Shown piece by piece: positions 25,707 through 32,000 of a DNA stretch of 32,000 nucleotides (the first letter of the stretch is position 1; the number at the start of each line of letters is the position of its first letter). The stretch is taken from the NCBI RefSeq assembly GCF_020969955.1, contig NZ_JAHDSX010000019.1:11740-43739 (forward strand), read 5' to 3'. The stretch is from Allobaculum fili (lineage in GTDB: Bacteria; Bacillota_I; Bacilli_A; Erysipelotrichales; Erysipelotrichaceae). The notes beneath the pieces were generated by a model. That model was not told the origin of the DNA. It ran no database searches and saw only the letters and a program-made list of their open reading frames with translations. The translations under genes were made by a program, and so were the position numbers.

Positions 25707-26723
25707 ATGAAAAAGATGCTCCTTCTTTACAATCCTGTGGCCGGAGACCGAAGAATTCAGAACAGCCTCTCCGATCTCGTCAATCAGATGACGGGAATGG
25801 GCTATCTGGTTACGGTGTATCCGACACAGAAACCGGGAGATGCCAGCGAAAAGCTGAAAAATCTGGATCTGAGCGGCTGCGACCGTCTGGTCATCTGCGG
25901 CGGCGACGGGATGCTGCACGAAGCGCTCAACGGCTGGATGGCTGGAAAAAACATGCCATTGCTGGGCTATATTCCTTCCGGCACCGTCAATGACTTTGCC
26001 AACTCGCATGAAATTCCGCTCAAGCTGAGCGAAGCCGCTGAAATTGCGGGCGGCGACTGGTGGGCGCCCATCGATGTCGGTCAGTTTAACGAGGAATATT
26101 TTTCCTATGTGGCCGCCTTCGGTCTGGGCACCTCGGTTTCCTATCTGACGGCGCAGGAGCGCAAAAACCGCCTCGGTTCGATCGCCTACGTTCTGGAAGC
26201 CCTTGGCCGCGTGGATTTTGCCCATTGGGAAAACAACTGTGAAACGCTGGAAATCGAATGGGAAGGCGGTTCGCTGCAGGGCGACTTTCTGTATGGCATG
26301 GTTTCCAATTCCCGCTATATCGCCGGATCGGATCTGTTTACCCGAAACATTTATAACTGGCACGACGGACTGCTCGAGGGTGTCTTTATTAAGCGCCCGA
26401 TGAATATCAGCGAGCTCAACCAGATCATTTCCTGCCTCATGCGCTCTTCTTTTGACAATCCGCTCATGATGCAGGTGCAGTCGCCCTGGTTCCGGTTGAA
26501 AGGGGAAAACATCCCGTGGACGCTCGATGGCGAATACGGCGGCGTGCACGATATCGTCGAGGCCCGCGCCGTTTCTTCGGCTCTCAATCTCGCTCTGCCC
26601 AAATCGCACGTGCAGGAAGCGGCCGACTGGCTCGCCGCACTCCACCCGGATGTTCCGCTGGCGCTGCCCGAAAATCCCGCGAGTAAGGAAAACGCCCAAG
26701 GGGACGGTCCGCATGGAAAATGA
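25707..26723 (+). CDS. Soluble DAGK-catalytic-domain lipid kinase (DgkB/YegS/BmrU family)
   Basis: The start is ATG 25707. MKKMLLLYNPVAGD, VICGGDGMLHEALNG and GYIPSGTVNDFA are DAGK_cat signatures. Confidence 0.88.
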   Translation: MKKMLLLYNPVAGDRRIQNSLSDLVNQMTGMGYLVTVYPTQKPGDASEKLKNLDLSGCDRLVICGGDGMLHEALNGWMAGKNMPLLGYIPSGTVNDFANSHEIPLKLSEAAEIAGGDWWAPIDVGQFNEEYFSYVAAFGLGTSVSYLTAQERKNRLGSIAYVLEALGRVDFAHWENNCETLEIEWEGGSLQGDFLYGMVSNSRYIAGSDLFTRNIYNWHDGLLEGVFIKRPMNISELNQIISCLMRSSFDNPLMMQVQSPWFRLKGENIPWTLDGEYGGVHDIVEARAVSSALNLALPKSHVQEAADWLAALHPDVPLALPENPASKENAQGDGPHGK

Positions 26724-28884
26724 TCTCATTTTAAATCCGTCGCAGACCGAAGCGGTCGAAGCCATTGAAGGCTACGTCCGGGTTGTTGCGGGCGCCGGTT
26801 CCGGAAAGACGCGAACACTCGCCGCCCGGTATGCCTTTCTGATCGAGATCGGCATGATTCCGGAAAGCATTCTGGCAATTACGTTCACGAACAAAGCGGC
26901 AGCCGAAATGAAATCGCGCATCCGCTCACTCACCGGAGACGATCAGTGCGGGACGATCTGTACGTTCCATTCGCTCTGTTCGATGATCCTGCGCGAGGAA
27001 AGCCACATCATCAGCTATCCGAAATCGTTTGTGGTGCTCGACAACGCGGATATCGATCAGCTTCTGCGGCAGGTGTACGACGAAAAGGGACTGACGCTTC
27101 ACGACATGACGTTTTCCAAGGCGCGGGACATGATTGAAATCCGCAAGATCAAGGACGAGCCGAACTACCGGGAAGATCTCGTGGCGCTCTCGCCCGCAGC
27201 CATTCAGAAAAAATACGAAAACGCGATCGATCCGCAGGATCAGATTTTTTACGGGTATCTGAGCGCGCAGAAGAAAAACTTCGGCCTCGACTATAACGAT
27301 CTGATTTTGCTGACGCTGAAAATCTTTGACGAAAATCCCGATGTCGCCCGCAAGTGGCAGCAGCGGTTTGAATACATCATGGTGGACGAGTTCCAGGACA
27401 TCGACGGTCTGCAGTACCGCCTGATCGATGCGCTGGCCAAAGTTCATCACAATCTGTTTGTGGTCGGCGATCCCGACCAGACCATTTATACGTGGCGCGG
27501 CGCCAACGTACGCCGTCTGCTCGATTTTGATGAACATTTTCATCCGTGCCAGACGGTGCTGCTCAACGAAAACTACCGCTCCACGCCTCAGATTCTGAAG
27601 ACGGCCAACTCGCTCATTTCCAAAAACGCGAACCGGATCGACAAGGATCTGATACCCTTTCTGCCGGATGGAAAACCGGTGGAAGCCGGTCATTTTGAAA
27701 CGCCGGAAAAAGAAGCAAAATGGATCGCCTCGCGCATCGCTTCCCGTCATGAGGAAGGCGTGGCGTATCGTGACATGGCCATTTTGTACCGCGCTCATTA
27801 TTTAACGCGTCCGATTGAAGACGCGCTCATTGCGGCGCACATTCCGTACGCCGTGTATTCGGGCGTGCCGTTTTTCTCGCGTGCGGAAATCAAGACGACG
27901 CTCTCGTACTGCCGCATGCTGCTGTACCGGGACGATCTCGACTTTTTGCGCACGATCAACGATCCGCCGCGCAACATTGGAAAAGGCCGCATCGCCTTTT
28001 TAAAGGACTATGCCGAACAGAGGGAAATCTCGCTCTATCAGGCGCTCGTCGAAAACAGCGAAAGCGACTATTTCGCGTCGACCAAAGCGGCTGAGTATAT
28101 CGCGGTCGTGGAAGAAACGGTATGGCAGGACCGGCTGATCAGCCAGGTGCTCGATGAAGTGCTTGACCGCTCCGGCTACGAAAAGGAACAGCGCCTGCGC
28201 GGCGCCCAGGATCGCCTCGACAATCTTGCCGAACTGAAGCAGGCGGCTGCCGAATTTGAAGTGTCGTGGGGAGAAGATACGACGCTCGAATCGTGGCTGA
28301 ACCAGAACGCGCTCTTTTCCGCTGCTGATGGACAGACGACCAGCGATCAGGTACGCCTGATGACCATTCATACGGCGAAGGGACTGGAATTTGACACCGT
28401 CTTTCTGCCGGCGCTCGATGAAGGCATTTTCCCGTCGAGGCAGACGAAAACCCGCCCGCAGATGGAAGAAGAGCGGCGCCTGATGTTTGTCGCCCTGACC
28501 CGCGCCAAAAAGGAGCTGTATCTCAGCGATGCACAGGGCATCCTGCATTCGGGATCGAATCGCATGCCTTCGCGCTTTCTCTTTGATATCGGGCTGGAAA
28601 ACGCCGTCTGGCAGCCGCCGATTCCAGAAGATCTCATTCAGGCCGCGACCCGCTTCATCTCGCTGCGCTCCCGTTCTTTAAAAGGGGAGTCGGAAAACGA
28701 AAACGAGCTGCAAAGCGGCGATCGCATCGCGCATCCTGTCTTTGGAGAAGGCATCATTCTCGATCTGGATCGACAGGCACAAAAAATCGTGATTCAGTTT
28801 GATAAACTGAGCACGACGCGTACGCTTTCCCTGCACGCCCGCCTGAAAAAAATCGGAGGCGATCCGGAAGCCATTTTGCATTAA
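26713..28884 (+). CDS. UvrD/PcrA-family ATP-dependent DNA helicase
   Basis: ATG 26713 overlaps the lipid-kinase stop by 11 nt. LNPSQTEAVE (Q motif), AGAGSGKT (Walker A), MVDEFQD, VGDPDQTIYTWRGA, LNENYRST, TIHTAKGLEF and RLMFVALTRAK motifs. The C-terminal GDRIAHPVFGEGIIL is a Tudor-like domain. Confidence 0.93.
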   Translation: MENDLILNPSQTEAVEAIEGYVRVVAGAGSGKTRTLAARYAFLIEIGMIPESILAITFTNKAAAEMKSRIRSLTGDDQCGTICTFHSLCSMILREESHIISYPKSFVVLDNADIDQLLRQVYDEKGLTLHDMTFSKARDMIEIRKIKDEPNYREDLVALSPAAIQKKYENAIDPQDQIFYGYLSAQKKNFGLDYNDLILLTLKIFDENPDVARKWQQRFEYIMVDEFQDIDGLQYRLIDALAKVHHNLFVVGDPDQTIYTWRGANVRRLLDFDEHFHPCQTVLLNENYRSTPQILKTANSLISKNANRIDKDLIPFLPDGKPVEAGHFETPEKEAKWIASRIASRHEEGVAYRDMAILYRAHYLTRPIEDALIAAHIPYAVYSGVPFFSRAEIKTTLSYCRMLLYRDDLDFLRTINDPPRNIGKGRIAFLKDYAEQREISLYQALVENSESDYFASTKAAEYIAVVEETVWQDRLISQVLDEVLDRSGYEKEQRLRGAQDRLDNLAELKQAAAEFEVSWGEDTTLESWLNQNALFSAADGQTTSDQVRLMTIHTAKGLEFDTVFLPALDEGIFPSRQTKTRPQMEEERRLMFVALTRAKKELYLSDAQGILHSGSNRMPSRFLFDIGLENAVWQPPIPEDLIQAATRFISLRSRSLKGESENENELQSGDRIAHPVFGEGIILDLDRQAQKIVIQFDKLSTTRTLSLHARLKKIGGDPEAILH

Positions 28885-29035
28885 GCCTGCGCTTTCTCTT
28901 CGAAAAGGCAGATGAAAGATCTCCCGGAGGGTGCAGGACGTATACTCAAAAAGAAAAAAATAAAACCGCATCTTCTGGATGCGTATGGGGATAGAAAGCC
29001 ATATCGGCTTTCGTGAAAATACAGCCAGCGGCTGT

Positions 29036-31015
29036 ATGGAAAAGGGGACTGAAAAGGAAATGGATACAGAAAAGAAGCCCGCGGCGCCTGAAAACAGCCA
29101 GCCGGAGACTTCGGCGGCCGCAACAGGGGATCGGGCCGCTGGAAGTCCGCCTTTACGGCGAGCAAAAATCAGCGCCTCCAACACGCCAAAAATCGTAAAA
29201 CCGAAAACGGCGAATGCCAGTACAAATAAAAATGAAACCGAGGCGCATAGTGATGGTGCGATTGATCGTCTGGAACGGGAAAAGCCGCTGACACGTCTGA
29301 TGGAAGAAGCCGAACGCCAGGAAGAGGCCGGCGAAAGCCCGAAGACAGAAACTGCACCGTTCGGTTCGGAACCCGCCGCCAGTGCGGATTCAAATTCCGA
29401 TTCGAGTGCGCAAGAGGAAAAAGAGAGCGAAGTATCCAAAGAAGCAAAAACGCCAAAAGCGCCAAAAGGGCCTTCCCGCTTTGCCAGACTGGTACGAAAG
29501 CCGGGGTTCTGGTGTCTGCTGATCTGCCTGCTTGCCGTGTTCTGGCTGCTCTATTCGATGCTGGAACTCGGTCTGCTGCGTCTTTCGGCCGCCGCCTGGA
29601 TTGTCGGACTGGCCGCGGCGGCTATGACCGTTGCGGGGTTCTGGTTTTTCGAAACCCGAAACCGTCTGTGGTCCATTCCAGCCGTCTTTCTTTGCGTGGC
29701 CATTGTCGTAACGTGCTTTTTTGGTCAGCGCTATGTGCATTCGATTTCCAGAGAAATCGATCAGCTGAGCGACTATGGTCAGGAATACACGCTGAGCGCC
29801 GGATTATACGTACCGAACGCGGTACCGCTCCAGACGATTGACGCTCTGGAAGGCCAGATTGTCGGCGTTCTTGACAGTCGCGGCAACGAAACGAATGAAA
29901 AAGTTCTGGACCGTCTGAAAGAAGAAGGCGTGACGGTGCGTACCGAATCGTACAGCACGCTCCAGCAGCTCAACAAAGCCGTTCGCGGCCAGAAAGTACG
30001 TGCCGCCATTCTGACGCCGACGGAAATTAAGCTGATTCATGAATTTTCCAATGGACAGACGTCCAACGGCGATCTGACAAGCGCGCTGAACGTCAGCTGG
30101 TCGACCGGTCTGGTCGAAGAAAACCAGCCGCTCGATCTCAACACGCAGCCGTATACCGTTCTGGTTTCCGCTTCGGATACGCGGCTGAATACCCAGATGT
30201 ACACGTCGACAATGACGATGCTGCTGACCGTCAACCCGACGGCGCATCAGGTGCTCGTCACCGTTATTCCGCGCGCGCTGGCTCTGCCGGCCAAATGCGA
30301 CGGCACGCTGGGCTGTCCGGCCGATGGCGCTGCCGACCGTGCCGGTCTGCTTTCCAATTACACGCTCGAAGCGCAGCGGCAGGCGCTCGAAGAAGAATTC
30401 GGCACGTCGATTGATTTTACCGTTCAGGTCGATCTGGCCGCGGTCGTTTCGCTGTTTGATGAAATGGACGGCCTGTATCAGTCGGGCGGACGGGAATACG
30501 AAATCGCTTCAGCGATTACGGTCAATCCGGATAAAGGCGTATCCGGACCGAAAATCCGTCAGATTCTCGGCTCCCTGTCCAACTACTCCGGAAACGATTT
30601 CGACCAGGAACTGAACCAGTTTGTCATGTTCTGCGATCTTGCCCAGGCCAGAAAGCAGATTTCGTTTACGAACATTCCGTCCCTGCTTCGTATTCTCGAC
30701 GGATCGATGATCACATCGTTCAACTACGAACAGCTCTGCACGCTCATATGGCAGTACGTTCTTGAACCGGAACCGTTCACGTGCTGGTATTCGACCGTTT
30801 CCGGGGAATACCAGACCCAGTATTCCGCCGTTCTTCGCGATTCGGCGTACATGTTAATTCCCGATCCGGAATCGCTGGATCAGGCGAAGACGGCGATTCA
30901 GTCCATTCTCAGCGGCCACGAACCGCAGACGTCCCGCATCGAACGAAGCGATGAACCGGCACCGGCTTCCGAACCCAATGCAGAATCGGATCCAGCAGCC
31001 CAGCCGGAAACGTAG
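29036..31015 (+). CDS. LCP-family paralog with degenerate catalytic motifs (same architecture as the 14623-16614 protein)
   Basis: The ORF spans 28979-31015. The start is ambiguous (ATG 28979, 28985, 29036 or 29060, none with a good SD). It has a long E/K/A/S-rich tail and TM segments. The accessory domain (IVGVLDSRGNETNEKVLDRLKEEG) is paralogous to the first LCP. The LCP-like core is YTVLVSASD..TSTMTMLLTVNP..VTVIPRALAL..IDFTVQVDL..LFDEMDGLY. Confidence 0.75.
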   Translation: MEKGTEKEMDTEKKPAAPENSQPETSAAATGDRAAGSPPLRRAKISASNTPKIVKPKTANASTNKNETEAHSDGAIDRLEREKPLTRLMEEAERQEEAGESPKTETAPFGSEPAASADSNSDSSAQEEKESEVSKEAKTPKAPKGPSRFARLVRKPGFWCLLICLLAVFWLLYSMLELGLLRLSAAAWIVGLAAAAMTVAGFWFFETRNRLWSIPAVFLCVAIVVTCFFGQRYVHSISREIDQLSDYGQEYTLSAGLYVPNAVPLQTIDALEGQIVGVLDSRGNETNEKVLDRLKEEGVTVRTESYSTLQQLNKAVRGQKVRAAILTPTEIKLIHEFSNGQTSNGDLTSALNVSWSTGLVEENQPLDLNTQPYTVLVSASDTRLNTQMYTSTMTMLLTVNPTAHQVLVTVIPRALALPAKCDGTLGCPADGAADRAGLLSNYTLEAQRQALEEEFGTSIDFTVQVDLAAVVSLFDEMDGLYQSGGREYEIASAITVNPDKGVSGPKIRQILGSLSNYSGNDFDQELNQFVMFCDLAQARKQISFTNIPSLLRILDGSMITSFNYEQLCTLIWQYVLEPEPFTCWYSTVSGEYQTQYSAVLRDSAYMLIPDPESLDQAKTAIQSILSGHEPQTSRIERSDEPAPASEPNAESDPAAQPET

Positions 31016-31124
31016 CCCGAAGCGGCAGAAAACGGCATCGTACAGGATGCGGGAAATGAAGTTCAGCCGGAACTGGTACCGGCCGGACAGTAATCAGCAT
31101 TAAAAAAGAAGTGTGAGGCGCTTT

Positions 31125-31781
31125 ATGTATAAAACCAAAGATCTGTATACCCATGAACATTCCCTGGCCAAAAACTGGCTGGATCAGTTTGAATACCCCT
31201 GGCAGGCTTTAGGAAAAATCAATGAACTGATTCTGACGCTGTGTCACGATCTGCCGGCGGAGTATGAAGAAAAGGAACCAGGTATTTTCGTTCATAAAAG
31301 TGCAGAGATCGCACCGACCGCGGTTTTAAAAGCACCCTGCATTATCGGTCCGGATACCGAAGTGCGTCCAGGAGCCTTCATTCGCGGCAACGCGCTCGTC
31401 GGTGCGCACTGCGTGGTCGGCAACTCCACCGAATTAAAAAACGTGATCCTTTTTGATCACGTTCAGGTTCCGCATTACAACTACGTCGGCGATTCCATTC
31501 TCGGCTATCGCTCGCATATGGGCGCAGGCTCGATTACGTCCAATGTAAAAAGCGACAAGTCGCTGGTTGTCGTCAGCGACGGCAAGGAAAAAATCGAAAC
31601 CGGTCTGAAAAAATTTGGCGCCATGCTGGGCGACGATGTAGAAGTCGGCTGCAATTCCGTTCTCAATCCGGGAACGGTAATCGGCCGCCATACGAACATT
31701 TATCCGCTCTCGAGTGTCCGTCATGTGATCCCTGCCAATTCGATTTTCAAGGACAAGGATCATATCGTCTCGAAAAAGTAA
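31125..31781 (+). CDS. Left-handed beta-helix (hexapeptide-repeat) transferase-like protein
   Basis: ATG 31125 with GAGG 5 nt upstream. The hexapeptide repeats are IIGPDTEVRPGAFIRGNALVGAHCVVGNSTELKNVILFDHVQV...VGDSILG..SHMGAGS and LGDDVEVGCNSVLNPGTVIG. There is no N-terminal nucleotidyltransferase domain. Confidence 0.75.
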   Translation: MYKTKDLYTHEHSLAKNWLDQFEYPWQALGKINELILTLCHDLPAEYEEKEPGIFVHKSAEIAPTAVLKAPCIIGPDTEVRPGAFIRGNALVGAHCVVGNSTELKNVILFDHVQVPHYNYVGDSILGYRSHMGAGSITSNVKSDKSLVVVSDGKEKIETGLKKFGAMLGDDVEVGCNSVLNPGTVIGRHTNIYPLSSVRHVIPANSIFKDKDHIVSKK

Positions 31782-31812
31782 CGCGCATACGAATCCGTAT
31801 CCATTCAAAAGA

Positions 31813-31864
31813 AAGTAGTCTTTGTCTCGGTTTCTGCCAAAGCGAGGACTGCTTTTTGTTTTGG
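31813..31864 (+). terminator. Rho-independent terminator after the hexapeptide-repeat gene
   Basis: Imperfect interrupted stem: GTAGTC (31815-31820) pairs with GACTGC (31847-31852), and CTCG (31826-31829) with CGAG (31843-31846). TTTTTGTTTT follows. Confidence 0.55.
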
Positions 31865-31911
31865 CCAAAAAGCCGGTAAGCGTCAAATAAAAGACGGGTA
31901 TTTTCTCGACC

Positions 31912-31950
31912 GCCTCCTTGGGATAATTCCTTTATTCAAGGAGGCTTTTT
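31912..31950 (+). promoter_or_regulatory. Terminator-like hairpin whose 3' arm contains the SD of the next gene
   Basis: Perfect 9-bp stem GCCTCCTTG (31912-31920) / CAAGGAGGC (31937-31945) with a 16-nt loop, then T5. The ATG at 31952 follows 6 nt after the stem. Confidence 0.55.
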
Positions 31951-31951
31951 C

Positions 31952-32000
31952 ATGGAATCAATCATCCCTGCAATCGATCTCGGTATCGATTTCTCCAAAG
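31952..32000 (+). CDS. 5' end of an unidentified CDS running off the window
   Basis: ATG 31952 preceded by AAGGAGG (31938-31944). It translates to MESIIPAIDLGIDFSK, with no in-frame stop before the window ends. That is too short to identify. Confidence 0.3.
   Translation, partial: MESIIPAIDLGIDFSK

Noticed and set aside
24376-26765. A + strand 335-aa ORF (24376-25383) and a - strand 422-aa ORF (25497-26765).
   Set aside because: They are antisense to the WecA/TagO-type transferase and the DAGK-domain kinase respectively. The translations lack motifs, and the true genes carry strong family signatures on the opposite strand.
1-32000. A whole-window search for CRISPR repeats, tRNA/rRNA genes, IS or transposase or integrase genes, prophage modules, toxin-antitoxin pairs or known defence-system signatures.
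   Set aside because: No regularly spaced repeats, no cloverleaf-like or rRNA-like segments, and no recombinase, nuclease or ATPase combinations typical of defence islands were seen. Every ORF over 150 aa that I accept has an ordinary housekeeping or envelope assignment. A new multi-gene system is therefore not supported by what I can see.

Overview
The window looks like chromosomal DNA from a Gram-positive (Firmicutes-type) bacterium. The signs are AGGAGG-type Shine-Dalgarno sites, an ftsA-ftsZ pair, LCP ligases and a TagO/WecA-type transferase. It is densely coding, moderately GC-rich, and consists of core and envelope genes. Left third: an HTH protein, a split short-chain chromate-transporter pair, an Ig-like lipoprotein, and a sulfur module. 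The sulfur module holds a PatB/MalY C-S lyase broken by three frameshifts, a UPF0597-type cysteine desulfidase, and a CoA-disulfide reductase-rhodanese fusion. Middle: a membrane-anchored C39-peptidase-like protein that contains no cysteine, an extracytoplasmic glycerophosphodiester phosphodiesterase, a 450-bp structured non-coding gap, then ftsA-ftsZ. Right half: a rhamnose-type wall glycopolymer locus directly after ftsZ. It runs LCP ligase, a 38-codon TM ORF, GT4, two GT2 genes, rfbA-C-B-D, and a convergent WecA/TagO-type initiating transferase. It is followed by an overlapping lipid-kinase/UvrD-helicase pair, a second LCP paralog with degenerate motifs, and a hexapeptide-repeat protein. 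I recognised no rRNA, tRNA, CRISPR array, transposase, integrase or known defence or toxin system. I cannot point to a convincing new multi-gene system. The most unusual items are a C9 homopolymer upstream of the GT2 genes (possible phase switch), the exporter-less glycan locus bracketed by an intact and a degenerate LCP paralog, the Cys-free C39-like protein with a probable leaderless start, the structured gap upstream of ftsA, and the multiply frameshifted patB. All functional calls rest on motif recognition by eye. No database search was run.
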